Assembly: GCA_963764165.1 (NCBI GenBank)
Contig: CAVXRD010000002.1
Coordinates: forward strand, 2,976,001 to 3,040,000
From: an uncultured Verrucomicrobiae bacterium
GTDB lineage: Bacteria; Verrucomicrobiota; Verrucomicrobiia; Limisphaerales; Palsa-1400
Length of the DNA: 64,000 bases
Reading direction: 5' to 3'
This document shows positions 1 through 9,924 of this stretch, piece by piece. Numbering within the stretch: position 1 is the stretch's first letter; the number at the start of each line of letters is the position of its first letter. The notes beneath the pieces were generated by a model that saw only the letters and a program-made list of their open reading frames with translations, had not been told where the DNA came from and ran no database searches. The translations under genes were made by a program, and so were the position numbers.

Positions 1-144
1 TCTGGCTGGCGTCTCGCCGGCCAGTCTTGCGATAATTCCGCCAACACCGATTGATGGCTCGCCCGGCGCGGCACAGGTTTTCGCCGCGACGCCGAAAACG
101 GCGGTCGAGACGCGGCGTTCCGCAATGCAACTGCGTCGTTCCGG

Positions 145-1269
145 CTAAGGCAGGCTCAGAATGGCCGCCGCCGCCCGCGCGGCGGCCCCAGGCCCTCCCA
201 ATTCCGCGATAATCGCCGCCAATTTCCTTTGGACTTCCGCGCGGCGGGCGGGGTCGCGAAGCAATCGAATCGCGGCATTCGCCAGATTTTCGCCGGTGGC
301 TTCGTGCTGGATGAATTCCGCATACAACGGCTCGCCCGCCAGAATGTTTGGCATCGAAAGGTAATCCACGGTGGCGATGCGGCGGCCGATAAAATAAGTT
401 AGGGCCGACGTCTTGTATAGCGTCACCGCCGGGACGCCGTAATACGCGCATTCGAGCGTGACCGTCCCCGTCGAGGCAATGGCCAGCGTCGCTTCCGACA
501 ATGCCTTCGCCAATCCTCCCACTTGGACTTCGACTTGCAGCGCCAAATAACCGAGCGAGGAGCGAATCCAATCGCCCATTTTCTCATTCGAAGCCACCAG
601 TGTGAACCGCACGGGGATCTCCGCCGCCATGCGCCGGCCGGCCTCCAACATCACCGGCAAATGGCGCTTCAATTCCGAGCGCCGGCTGCCGGGCAGCAGC
701 ACCACGGTCGGCGGCGTGGTTTCCTTCCGCGCCGCAACGGTGTGCCTGTCAAACATCGGATGGCCCGCCACCTCGACGCGGAATCCCGGCACGCGCTTCG
801 CATACCAATCCTTTTCAAACGGGAAAAGGCACAGCAGCAAGTCGAACACCCGCGCCATTTTGTCCGCCCTTCCCGGTCGCGAAGCCCAGACCTGCGGCGA
901 AACATACTTGACAATCCTCGGCTTCCAGTTCGCGGTGTCCAGCTTGCGAATCGCGCGGGCCAGCGAATGGTTGAAGAAACTGAAGTCCACCAGAATCACC
1001 GCCTCTGGCTTCTCCCGGGCCGCCAGCCGCGCCAATTCCCGTTTGTGCCGCAAAAACCGCGGCAGTTTTTTCAGCGGATCGCTGACGCCAATGACGGCGT
1101 CCGCAGTCAAGTCGAAGGAAATTTCGGCGCCCGCCTCCGCCATGCGCGGGCCGCCCGCGCCGATGAATCGCGCCCCCGGGCGCGCCCATTTCAATGCGCG
1201 AACGAGGTCCGCGGCAATGGCGTCGCCGCTGGGATCCCCGGCGACCACCATGACGGTCTTCAAGTTCAT
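145..1269 (-). CDS. lpxB: lipid-A-disaccharide synthase
   Basis: AGDPSGD, YVSPQVWASR, LFPFE, LLPGSRRSE and ASTGTVTLE motifs; 374 aa. Confidence 0.95.
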   Translation of the reverse strand: MNLKTVMVVAGDPSGDAIAADLVRALKWARPGARFIGAGGPRMAEAGAEISFDLTADAVIGVSDPLKKLPRFLRHKRELARLAAREKPEAVILVDFSFFNHSLARAIRKLDTANWKPRIVKYVSPQVWASRPGRADKMARVFDLLLCLFPFEKDWYAKRVPGFRVEVAGHPMFDRHTVAARKETTPPTVVLLPGSRRSELKRHLPVMLEAGRRMAAEIPVRFTLVASNEKMGDWIRSSLGYLALQVEVQVGGLAKALSEATLAIASTGTVTLECAYYGVPAVTLYKTSALTYFIGRRIATVDYLSMPNILAGEPLYAEFIQHEATGENLANAAIRLLRDPARRAEVQRKLAAIIAELGGPGAAARAAAAILSLP

Positions 1270-1270
1270 C

Positions 1271-1651
1271 TCATTTCAGTTCGGCCTTAACAAGCTTCAG
1301 GAATTCCGCGATTTTAAAAGGAATGATCGGCGCCGCCAAGCCGGTCAAAAAATTTGCAATTGCGCCCAGCACCGGAATGGGAGCGTCCGGGATTGTTTGC
1401 GTCCAGATGTCTTTGTCAAGATGATAGAACGCCACCGGTATCGGGAACCCCTGCACTTTCAAGCTCCCGCCGCTGTTGTATTTGAGGAAAAAGGCCAGCC
1501 AGACGCCAAGCCCCAGGCCGGCCACCACGGCCATGGCAAGGTGCCGCCAGTTTTTCTGCTCGCGCCATTGCGCCCATTGCCGCCTTCCCGTCGTCAAAGC
1601 CAGCCAGAAATCGAAGGCGATGATCGGAAAAATCAGAATCAATCCCCCCAT
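1271..1651 (-). CDS. hypothetical membrane protein
   Basis: About three hydrophobic segments; packed between the oxidoreductase and lpxB with 1-3 bp gaps. Confidence 0.75.
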   Translation of the reverse strand: MGGLILIFPIIAFDFWLALTTGRRQWAQWREQKNWRHLAMAVVAGLGLGVWLAFFLKYNSGGSLKVQGFPIPVAFYHLDKDIWTQTIPDAPIPVLGAIANFLTGLAAPIIPFKIAEFLKLVKAELK

Positions 1652-1654
1652 AAC

Positions 1655-2689
1655 TCAGCTCAAAGCCTGCCCTTTTTGATTTTGAACCAGGCGCGTGATT
1701 TCAAAGGCGAGATCAAGGGAGCGCTGCGCGACCGCGCCGCTGACAAGGGGCGTCCGGTGCGTCTTGACGCAGTCAACAAAATGGCGCAATTCCAGCTTGA
1801 GCGGCTCGTCCTTTTCAATCGGCACCGGCTCGCGCACAATTTTCTTTCCGGCAAATTCGCTGACAATCGCCGAATCCTTGGCGTGCAGCAATTTCTTCAG
1901 CAGGGACGATGGCTCTTCGCCTTCGCGCGCCACGCGGTAGATGAATCCTTCCTGCGCGCGGAAATCAAGCGACACATGGCAGGGGTTTTCGCCGCCGCTG
2001 AAGACGCGGATCTTGCGCATGCGCTGCGGGCTGATGCGGCTGACCGTCAGATTGGCAACGCAGCCGTTGGCGAAACGAAGCCGGGCGTTGGCGATGTCTT
2101 CCGATTTGCTCAAGACGGGAAGACCCACGGCATCGATGCTGGCCACCGGCGACTTCACAAATCCCAAAATGACGTCGAGATCGTGAATCATCAAATCCAG
2201 CACCACGCCAATATCCGTGCTGCGGGCGGGAAATGGCGAGAGCCGGTGGGTTTCAATAAAGCGCGGATCGGTGGCGACTTTTTCCAGATATGTGAGAACC
2301 GGGTTGAAACGCTCCACGTGGCCCACTTGCAAAACCGAATTTTTCTCGCGGGCCAACTGCACCAATTCCGCCGCCTGCGCCGCGTTGTCGGTCATCGGTT
2401 TCTCCACCAGCACGTGCTTTCCGGCAGTGAGAAGTTTTTTGGCCACTTCAAAATGGGTATGGGTCGGCGTGACAACGCTGAAAGCTTCGGCGCCGGACAG
2501 CGCCTCATCCAATGATCCAAAGACAGGGACTTTCAGCTTTTCGGCGATCCTAGCCGCTTGGACGGCAGATGAATCGAAGACACCGGCGAAGACAATTTGG
2601 TTGGCGGCGGCGAAATCCGCGTAAAGGCGGGCGTGTTCCTTTCCCAGGGAACCCACTCCAATCACCGCGACAGTCAGTATGGCGGACAT
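1655..2689 (-). CDS. Gfo/Idh/MocA family oxidoreductase (possibly GnnA-like, given the lpxB linkage)
   Basis: GVGSLG Rossmann motif, VLVEKP, VGHVERFNP, DLMIHD; start set at MSAILT. Confidence 0.9.
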   Translation of the reverse strand: MSAILTVAVIGVGSLGKEHARLYADFAAANQIVFAGVFDSSAVQAARIAEKLKVPVFGSLDEALSGAEAFSVVTPTHTHFEVAKKLLTAGKHVLVEKPMTDNAAQAAELVQLAREKNSVLQVGHVERFNPVLTYLEKVATDPRFIETHRLSPFPARSTDIGVVLDLMIHDLDVILGFVKSPVASIDAVGLPVLSKSEDIANARLRFANGCVANLTVSRISPQRMRKIRVFSGGENPCHVSLDFRAQEGFIYRVAREGEEPSSLLKKLLHAKDSAIVSEFAGKKIVREPVPIEKDEPLKLELRHFVDCVKTHRTPLVSGAVAQRSLDLAFEITRLVQNQKGQALS

Positions 2690-2869
2690 AAATGTCCGTT
2701 GACGATTTACGCAGGGGGACGGTGGAGCAAGATAAAAGTGACGCCCATCAAAGGGCGGCAACCTTGCGCTGCCCGCCGGAATGCGTTACACGTTAGTACT
2801 ATGAAAACTGAAGTGTGTCCTCTGCAGCCGGGTTTGCAAGATTCTGAAAACAAACCCGTATCAAGCAGT

Positions 2870-3253
2870 ATGAAAACGATATTACGTTTGCTGCCCCTTT
2901 CGCTTGCCATCATCCTCTGCGGATGCGGGCCCGGCTATAAATTTACGCCTTGGACGCAGCCACAGCAAAACTGGACGACGGGACCGGAAGGCTACACGCG
3001 CCAAGTCAAAGGCGTCCCTTTGTACAATCCGGGCCAATACCCTTCCCGTCCCTACTACATCGTCGGAGCTTTCAGCACCGATAACGAAGATAATGTCGCC
3101 AAAGCCGTCAAAGACCAGCATGGTGACGCCGCTCTGCTTTCCAGCGAGACCGAGCATCGGACGGGCTCCATTGCGTGGGCAGCCCCCGGCGTTTACGGTG
3201 TGACCCCGCTTACCGCGAAGGTCATCACCGGCAACATCATCAAATTCAGATAA
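2870..3253 (+). CDS. hypothetical lipoprotein
   Basis: MKTILRLLPLSLAIILCGC lipobox-like signal. Confidence 0.7.
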   Translation: MKTILRLLPLSLAIILCGCGPGYKFTPWTQPQQNWTTGPEGYTRQVKGVPLYNPGQYPSRPYYIVGAFSTDNEDNVAKAVKDQHGDAALLSSETEHRTGSIAWAAPGVYGVTPLTAKVITGNIIKFR

Positions 3254-3276
3254 TTCTGAATTTGATTTGACTGCTC

Positions 3277-3600
3277 TCAGTGCCAGCCGCCGCGGTGATA
3301 CACCCGGCGGCCGCCGTGGACTTCATAGCGTCCGGCGACCCAGTGCGCGCCCGGATGCGGTGGGCGATCCCAATAGCCGTGGTGCCATGCCCATCGGCCG
3401 CCTTCCCAGCCCCATTCGCCGCCAACCCAAACATAGCCGGGCGCCGGCATGGGTGTTTGGACGTCGACTTGCAGGGGCGGCGGATCCGCATCCACCGCCA
3501 CCGCTCCTCCGGGACCCTGCACCTCCGCAGCGCAGCCGGCGGCCAAAACACTGGCGGTTCCAGCCGCCAGCACCATATTAAGCAATTTTGTATTTTTCAT
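3277..3600 (-). CDS. YXWGXW-repeat lipoprotein
   Basis: LAAGC lipobox; PGYVWVGGEW, WHHGYW and HWVAGRY repeats. Confidence 0.85.
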   Translation of the reverse strand: MKNTKLLNMVLAAGTASVLAAGCAAEVQGPGGAVAVDADPPPLQVDVQTPMPAPGYVWVGGEWGWEGGRWAWHHGYWDRPPHPGAHWVAGRYEVHGGRRVYHRGGWH

Positions 3601-3695
3601 AATTGACAGTCTTGAAACAAACCTCGGCCAGAGTGGGCGGCTGTCAAGGTGTCAAGCGATCAGGTTTGCCCTGATTTCAACCTCGTCCAACACTC

Positions 3696-3794
3696 GGTGG
3701 GGCGAGACTCCGTCGAGCCCTGGATAAATTTCGGCCACGTGTCAAGTGCAAGGAGCATGGGATTGAATCAGGGCTCGACTGAGTCTCGCCCTGC
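3696..3794. repeat. REP-like inverted pair (family B variant)
   Basis: ggtggggcgagactccgtcgagcc ... ggctcgactgagtctcgccctgcc. Confidence 0.75.
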
Positions 3795-3804
3795 CGAGTT
3801 GGGA

Positions 3805-4587
3805 TTATATGTCAAAAACCGTGATTTCCGGGCGGCAATTGAAGCGATAGGGCGCGCCGAGCCAGCCTATGCCCGGATTCACATAGAGCGGCCCCGCCGG
3901 AAGATCGAACCTGCCGATTTCATATTTGCCCACCCAAAACGGCAGAAGTATTGCGCCGTAAAACGGAATGCGCACTTGGCCTCCATGGGAATGGCCCGCC
4001 AGCATCAAATCATATTTCTCCGTGACGCGCTCGGCCATCAAAGGATAATGAATCAGCAAAATATTTTTGACACCCGGCCTCGGCGGCAGCGAAGCGGGCG
4101 CGCCTTTCAAGCACGTCACGCCGCTGAACATGATTTTTCCGTCGGCGGTCATCGCTTGCGAATCCCGCAAAAACGCCCCGCCGGACTTCGCGAACGATTT
4201 GGTGAAGTCGCTGAAGACCGCCTTGCTCCAATAATCATGATTTCCCGGCACCGCGTAAATTGGCGATTTGACCCCCTCCAGAATTTGCAGCGCCGCCGGC
4301 ACAAAAGCGCGATCCTCGATCAAATCGCCTGTAAAACACACAGCGTCCGGCGAAAGCGCGTTGATCTTTCGCACCACCTGCTCAAGGTAAGCGCGGTCCC
4401 CTTTGTAATGAATGTCCGTGATTTGGACGAGGCGAAGGGCCGGCTGGCCCCCGGTCAATTTGAATTTGCGAACCTTGACCCAGTTTGGCTCGAGCCACTT
4501 CGCTTCCGCCCAAACGGCCACAGGAGCGGCCAGAAGCGATAGCCAGACAAAACGGCGGCGCGATAATTTCGGGAGTGAAACCTTCAT
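3805..4587 (-). CDS. metallophosphoesterase (YkuE-like)
   Basis: TDIH, TGD, GNHD and GHSHGGQ motifs; N-terminal SRRRF. Confidence 0.92.
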   Translation of the reverse strand: MKVSLPKLSRRRFVWLSLLAAPVAVWAEAKWLEPNWVKVRKFKLTGGQPALRLVQITDIHYKGDRAYLEQVVRKINALSPDAVCFTGDLIEDRAFVPAALQILEGVKSPIYAVPGNHDYWSKAVFSDFTKSFAKSGGAFLRDSQAMTADGKIMFSGVTCLKGAPASLPPRPGVKNILLIHYPLMAERVTEKYDLMLAGHSHGGQVRIPFYGAILLPFWVGKYEIGRFDLPAGPLYVNPGIGWLGAPYRFNCRPEITVFDI

Positions 4588-5666
4588 TTCTGCGGCTGCC
4601 CGCCCGTTGCGGAATCAGCCGCGCCAAGATACAGCATCGCAATCTTCTTTGCTACTTTGGTGGCAATGCCCGATTCGTTGGAGTTGGTCAGGATGATGAC
4701 GGCCAAGCCGTCCCTGGGAAATCGCTGGATGCTGGCGGAAAAGCCTGAAGTCGTGCCGCTGTGCCCGATGTTTTGGTGGCCCTGCAACGGATCGAGAAAC
4801 CAGCCAAACCCGTAGGCGTGCGTCGAGCCGCCATTGAGGTGGACGGGCGTCCACATTTGCGCTTCGGTCTCGCTGGACAGCAGCTTTTGCGCGTCGAGAG
4901 CGGCGTTCCACTTGGCCAGATCGCCTACGGTCGAGACAATGGCCCCTGCTGAAAAAATATCCGTCAAATCGTAATCGCGATTGATGTAGTGCCCGGCGCG
5001 GTCAGTTTCATATCCGCTGGCGCGATTGGGGATGATGTTGCGCGGATCGCGATTGCTGGTGTTCGTCATGCCCAGCGGACCAAAAATGCGGCGCTGCATG
5101 TAATCCCAATATTTCTGGCCGCTGACATCTTCAATGACGAAGCCCAGCAGATTGAAGGCGCTGTTGCAATACGACCACTTCTCGCCCGGTTGAAAATCCA
5201 TCGGCACGTCGGCCATCTTGTGAATGAACTGGCTCTGCGACAGATGCCGCGTCAGTTCGAACCCATCCAGCGTGGTATAATTTTTGATGCCGGACGTGTG
5301 GGTCAAAAGATGGCGCAGCGTGATGTTCGTCCACGCAGGGGGAATGTCTTTGATGAATTTGGAAAGCTTGTCGTCGACGGACAATTTGCCGTCCTGCTGC
5401 AACAGCAGAATGCCGGCAGCGGTGAATTGTTTTGTGACTGAACCGATTTCGAAGACTGTGTCGGCCGTGACGGCGTTGCTCCATTCCAAGTTGGCCAGGC
5501 CGTAGGCGGCGATTTTTGTGGGTTTGCCGTTTTGAATGATTTCCAACGCCAATCCCGGAATCGGATGCTGTTGCATTTCCGAGTGAATGGCCTCATCCAC
5601 GGTATCGGCCCTCACTGCCCGAACGAGGTTAAGTGAAAGAAGCAGCGATAAAAAAAGCGCGCGCAT
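4584..5666 (-). CDS. serine hydrolase, beta-lactamase/AmpC family
   Basis: Signal peptide; SVTK (SxxK), LLTHTSG, YCN and HSG motifs. Confidence 0.92.
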   Translation of the reverse strand: MRALFLSLLLSLNLVRAVRADTVDEAIHSEMQQHPIPGLALEIIQNGKPTKIAAYGLANLEWSNAVTADTVFEIGSVTKQFTAAGILLLQQDGKLSVDDKLSKFIKDIPPAWTNITLRHLLTHTSGIKNYTTLDGFELTRHLSQSQFIHKMADVPMDFQPGEKWSYCNSAFNLLGFVIEDVSGQKYWDYMQRRIFGPLGMTNTSNRDPRNIIPNRASGYETDRAGHYINRDYDLTDIFSAGAIVSTVGDLAKWNAALDAQKLLSSETEAQMWTPVHLNGGSTHAYGFGWFLDPLQGHQNIGHSGTTSGFSASIQRFPRDGLAVIILTNSNESGIATKVAKKIAMLYLGAADSATGGQPQK

Positions 5667-5784
5667 TATGGAACAAATTTAATCGGTTATGGGTTCGGCT
5701 GAATGTGCCGGGTTCGCAGCAAGCCGCGGCTTCCTTATCAGCCCCAGCCCGGCGAGAGCAGGATTTTCCCGGCCCTAAATCTCC

Positions 5785-6537
5785 TCAACCCATCTTGCGA
5801 AGGGCATCGCGGATTCGCGCGGCCTCTTCGTAATTTTCAGAGCGCACCAGCTCATCCAGCTTCGTTTCCAGTTTCTCCCGGGCGGTCAGCGGCCTTTTTT
5901 TTTGGATTTCGTCGAGCCACATTTCCAGGGACTGAAGTTCTCCGCTGTTCTCGAGCAGATCCTGGCGGTCGTGCTCGCGGTAAAATTGGCGGATTTCCTC
6001 CAAGCCATTTTCGACGACTTGAATCATCTCCTCGTAACGGTTGTCCTTGAGGGCGACGGCGCCGCGCGCGCGCACCCGCATCATGAGCAATTGCGGGCGA
6101 AATTGCTGCAGCGACCAGGCGAGGTCCTCGGTGGCGGCGTAGCGCTGGACGAAATCGAACACTTTCAAGTTCCGCTCCGCGTCCGCAATCACGCCGTCGA
6201 AATCCTCCAATTGAAAGAGGCAGATGTAGCGATGGTGATATTGAATGGCTTCCTGCTGCAGCTTTCCGCAATCCTCGGCAGTGAGGCGGAATGTCTTTTC
6301 GTCATTCTGATGCTCGCGGCGGAAGCGTTTGAGCTGCTCCTGAAAATGCTCGAGGAGAGACTGGTGCCCAAATGGATGCTTGCCGTCAGGGCGGCCTTTG
6401 GCATTCATTTGCAGCAGGCCAAGATCCACCCTGAGCTGGATTTTGTCTGAGCCATCTTCACCGCGGAATTTTCTGACGACGACCTGCCCCGGTTGGTAGT
6501 CCCACTGATCCAGAAGAGCGGATATGTCGAAACTCAT
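5785..6537 (-). CDS. UvrB/UvrC-motif-containing protein
   Basis: C-terminal ENYEEAARIRD UVR motif; QLRVDLGLLQM...GRPDG block. Confidence 0.8.
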   Translation of the reverse strand: MSFDISALLDQWDYQPGQVVVRKFRGEDGSDKIQLRVDLGLLQMNAKGRPDGKHPFGHQSLLEHFQEQLKRFRREHQNDEKTFRLTAEDCGKLQQEAIQYHHRYICLFQLEDFDGVIADAERNLKVFDFVQRYAATEDLAWSLQQFRPQLLMMRVRARGAVALKDNRYEEMIQVVENGLEEIRQFYREHDRQDLLENSGELQSLEMWLDEIQKKRPLTAREKLETKLDELVRSENYEEAARIRDALRKMG

Positions 6538-6655
6538 ATTAATTAAATATGGACGGCCTTGATAATAAGTCAATGCAACGAGGACACATTAGCAAGCAAA
6601 AACGCGGTGAATTGTTTCTTTCTCCCGGCGGGCCGGGTCCGTAGTCTTTTCCTTG

Positions 6656-7639
6656 ATGCCGCAAACGGTCAAGATAACAGTCCATTCAAGCGAATTTCCC
6701 CAGTCAGTGGAGCGCGCTTTTCTGGAAGGTTTGCGCGCCCGGAAAATTGCGCCGAGGTTCCTCTACCAGGGCCATCGGCAGGGGCAATTGTGGCTGCGCT
6801 TGCACCATGAGCACTCGCCGGCCTGGCGCGATCCGGAGGTGCTTGCGCTCTACGCCGAAAGCTTTGCCGCCGCCAGCATGGTCCGCGATGAGCCGGTTAA
6901 TGTGGCGGGTCTTGGCTGCGGCGGAGGCACAAAAGAAGCAATGCTCTTGCTGGCATTGGCCGCGGGCAAAAATCCGGCGGTGGCCTATCTGCCGAGCGAC
7001 GTCAGCCTGCCTCTGTTGCTGACCTCTGTCGAATCAGCGCGAAATAACGGCTCCTCCGCAACTTGCAAACCGTTGCTGTGCGACTTGGCGCTTGCGGAGG
7101 ATTTGCCAGCGGCACTGGATGATCTGTTGGAGCCTTCCATTCCGCGGATCATTACGTTTTTCGGCCTCATTCCTAACTTCGAACCCGAGGCAATTCTGCC
7201 AAAATTATCCTCGCTGGTGCGCAAGCGTGACGTGCTGCTTTTCAGCGCCAATCTCGCTCCAGGAACGGACTACCGCGCCGGCGTCGAATCGATTTTCGGA
7301 GGCTACGACAACGCCCACACCCGCGATTGGCTGATGGCGTTTCTTGAGGATTTGGGCGTGCGAAGCGACGATGGCATGCTCAAATTCTCCATCGAGGATG
7401 CCGGCGGCAATCTTCGCATCGTGGCGGATTTCCAATTTTCCCGCGAGCGAGTGGTTGTGGCCGCTGGGGAGAAGTTTGTATTCGAGCGCGGCGCGGTGGT
7501 GCGGCTTTTTTTTTCTTACCGCTACACAGCGCAGATGATCCCGCGATTGCTTCGGCAATATGGATTGGAAGCGCGCCAGCAATGGATCGCGAGTTCGGGC
7601 GAAGAAGGCGTTTTTCTCTGCGAAAAATCCGCTCGTTAA
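6656..7639 (+). CDS. EgtD-like (Methyltransf_33) SAM-dependent methyltransferase, divergent
   Basis: KIAPRFLY, GLGCGGGTKE, YLPSDVS, GYDN and FSYRYT resemble EgtD family blocks. Confidence 0.75.
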   Translation: MPQTVKITVHSSEFPQSVERAFLEGLRARKIAPRFLYQGHRQGQLWLRLHHEHSPAWRDPEVLALYAESFAAASMVRDEPVNVAGLGCGGGTKEAMLLLALAAGKNPAVAYLPSDVSLPLLLTSVESARNNGSSATCKPLLCDLALAEDLPAALDDLLEPSIPRIITFFGLIPNFEPEAILPKLSSLVRKRDVLLFSANLAPGTDYRAGVESIFGGYDNAHTRDWLMAFLEDLGVRSDDGMLKFSIEDAGGNLRIVADFQFSRERVVVAAGEKFVFERGAVVRLFFSYRYTAQMIPRLLRQYGLEARQQWIASSGEEGVFLCEKSAR

Positions 7640-8523
7640 AACGCGCGCATCGTTTCCAGCACAGCACGCACTTTTGAAACCTCATGCGTTCGGAAAAGAT
7701 CCGTTTTCCCCAACGCGGCAAGGACAGCGAAAAACGGCTCCGCGCTCCGCACCTCCTCGCCGAAATATTCGAACGCATGCGGCAGCGCGTGGCAGACGGG
7801 AAATCCCAGCGCGCGCAATCGAAACGTCTCCAGAAACGTTTTCATCTGGTGCCGAACGCGAACGGAACTGTCCTGCAAATTCCGGTAGTAAAATCCCAAC
7901 CCGGGATCGATCAGGATTTTTTCCACTCCGTTCGCGGCGGCCAAACCGGTCAGGTTGCCAAAATAATCGCGCATCCTTCCAACCACGTCTCCTGTCAAAT
8001 CGAATTCTCCAACCTCGCGGACGTTCGGGCCTTCGACAAAGCAGAGAATGACGGCGGCATCATGCGCGGCGATCATTCGAAACGTTTCCGCCGCCTCTGC
8101 AGTGCCGGTTAAATTGATGACACTGGCCCCGGCTTCCAGCGAAGCGCGCGCCACCGCCGCTTGGTAAGTTTCCACGGAAACAAGAATCCCCTCCGCCGCC
8201 AATGTTCGCACAACGGGGCCGAGTTTTCCCAATTGCGCGCATTCGTCCATACGCGCGGCATGCTGCAAAGTGGACTCCGCGCCGATGTCAATGATATGCG
8301 CGCCTTGGGCGGTCAAAATTCGCGCGCGCTCAATGGCCCGCTCTTGTGTCAAACAAACACTCTCGCGATACCACGAATCCGCGGAAAGATTCACCACTCC
8401 CATGATGGAGGGTTCGGAGTTGAAAGCGAAACTCCGCGAGCCGATGGAAAATTCCCGCACCGTCGCGCTGGCGGCTTCGCGGTGCCGGCTCAGCAATTCG
8501 GCCAGATGTTGCAGCGACAGCAT
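7636..8523 (-). CDS. dihydropteroate synthase-like pterin-binding protein (atypical)
   Basis: MGVVNLSADS, IDIGAEST, IDPGLGF and RTHEV; canonical SRK motif absent. Confidence 0.8.
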   Translation of the reverse strand: MLSLQHLAELLSRHREAASATVREFSIGSRSFAFNSEPSIMGVVNLSADSWYRESVCLTQERAIERARILTAQGAHIIDIGAESTLQHAARMDECAQLGKLGPVVRTLAAEGILVSVETYQAAVARASLEAGASVINLTGTAEAAETFRMIAAHDAAVILCFVEGPNVREVGEFDLTGDVVGRMRDYFGNLTGLAAANGVEKILIDPGLGFYYRNLQDSSVRVRHQMKTFLETFRLRALGFPVCHALPHAFEYFGEEVRSAEPFFAVLAALGKTDLFRTHEVSKVRAVLETMRAF

Positions 8524-8529
8524 CGCGCT

Positions 8530-8988
8530 CTATTTCTGCCGCGCGAACTGGCGGAACAATTGCAGTTGCTCGGGGTGGCGCTTCCAGAAGCCGACCAGCT
8601 TTTCCAGCACTTCCAACGTCTGCGGGCGGAGATGATGCTCGATGTCTTCCACTTCCGCCTCCACCGTGCGCTTTTCGAGGCCGAGCAGGCCAAGCAGTTC
8701 AGTCAGGGTTCGATGCCGCTCCTTGATGCGGGCGGCGACGGCGCGGCCTTCCGCCGTCAAATTAAAGCCGCGATAACGTTCGTAACTGAGCAACCCGCGG
8801 ACGGCCAACCGGCGCACCATGTTGGAAACCGTCGAAGGCGTCAGCCCCAGCTCCTCGGCAACATCCGTCACGCGGGCATAGCCCTTGCGCTCGACGCAAT
8901 CGGCAATGCGCTCCAGGTGATCCTCCGTCGAATCGGAAAAGGACACCGGAGCCGGAGCAGGGCGCGCCTTGTTTTTTTTCGCAGCCAT
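8530..8988 (-). CDS. DtxR/MntR family metal-dependent transcriptional regulator
   Basis: EDHLERI, HTH, YERYRG, ERHR and EDIEHH motifs. Confidence 0.9.
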   Translation of the reverse strand: MAAKKNKARPAPAPVSFSDSTEDHLERIADCVERKGYARVTDVAEELGLTPSTVSNMVRRLAVRGLLSYERYRGFNLTAEGRAVAARIKERHRTLTELLGLLGLEKRTVEAEVEDIEHHLRPQTLEVLEKLVGFWKRHPEQLQLFRQFARQK

Positions 8989-9077
8989 CGGCCAGCAATA
9001 CCACAACCCTCCGCAGCCTGACGACTATTTTTGAAACCGGCAACTTATTGGCAATCCCTTGCCGACGAATCGCGGAT

Positions 9078-9230
9078 TCCCTCGCCCCGCGCAGCGGGGA
9101 GAGGGTTAGGGAGAGGGGCGGTTAGGCAACGACTGAAATCCATCGGCCCTCAATGCGCCTGGCCTCTCCGAGTTCTAATGAGTTGCCCCTCTCTCCTTCT
9201 CTCTCCCCGCCAAGCTTGGCGGGGTGAGAG
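9078..9230. repeat. REP-like inverted pair (ccctcgcccc...ggggagagggttagggagagggg family)
   Basis: Arm at about 9078-9118 is an imperfect reverse complement of the arm at about 9186-9230. Confidence 0.7.
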
Positions 9231-9330
9231 CGATCACTTGTCGACCTGCCGAGCTTTTGGCAGAAGTCCGCCCTCACAAAAACTGAGATGCGCCCTCATG
9301 CCAGACCGATTTTTGGGAGTCTAAAAAACA

Positions 9331-9379
9331 GGTGACATTTGGTGACATTTGGTGACATTTGCTGGGATTAGGTGACATT
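9331..9379 (+). repeat. 10-bp iteron-like tandem repeat GGTGACATTT x3 plus one spaced copy
   Basis: ggtgacattt ggtgacattt ggtgacattt gctgggatta ggtgacattg. Confidence 0.9.
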
Positions 9380-9468
9380 GGAGTCTGCTGGAGCTTATTG
9401 ACCAATGACAGGCTGACGATCTCAAAACCTGCGTTTTGGGCGGGCATGCATACATACCCCCCTAAAAA

Positions 9469-9628
9469 GCCGTCACACCCGTCACAACGTTGTCAATCAA
9501 GCACTTAGTCCGTCACAAATGCCGACACAAACCCTCACACAGAGCCGTCACAAAAGTAGGCGCCGATCTCGGCAGGGCGAAACTCCGTTGAGCCGTGAAA
9601 TAATATTCTGTGACGGCTTGTGACGGCC
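9469..9628. repeat. cluster of CCGTCACA repeats in both orientations (origin-like)
   Basis: ccgtcaca at about 9470, 9479, 9510 and 9545, degenerate copies at about 9522 and 9532, inverted tgtgacgg twice at about 9609-9626. Confidence 0.75.
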
Positions 9629-9670
9629 TTAACCATCGCAGCGACAATGGAAATTGCCGGGAAGGTCTTA

Positions 9671-9841
9671 AACAGAAGGACACGAAGCGCACGAAGGGGG
9701 AACAAAAGTCCGCCCTACGGTGCATCTGGCCTTCCTTCGTGTGCTTTGTGTCCTTCTGTTGGCTCTTCCGTGTTTGGTCCCCAGACAAAATCAGTTTCCA
9801 GTGCAATCCGCCCTCCTTCGTTTTCTTTGTTTGCTTCTGTT
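9671..9841. repeat. inverted repeat family aacagaaggacacgaagcgcacgaagg
   Basis: Forward arm at 9671; reverse arms at about 9734-9760 and about 9815-9841. Confidence 0.7.
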
Positions 9842-9924
9842 AAATCCCGTTTTTGGTCGGTTCCGTTAGATTCCATGTTGCTTGGACAGCGGATGTCCAA
9901 CCGCAAGGCTCAATATCCACACCC

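Noticed and set aside
1..144. Partial gene at the left edge
   Set aside because: Too short to assign a frame or product
4584..5666. Acquired beta-lactam resistance gene
   Set aside because: Generic serine hydrolase in chromosomal context with no mobile features
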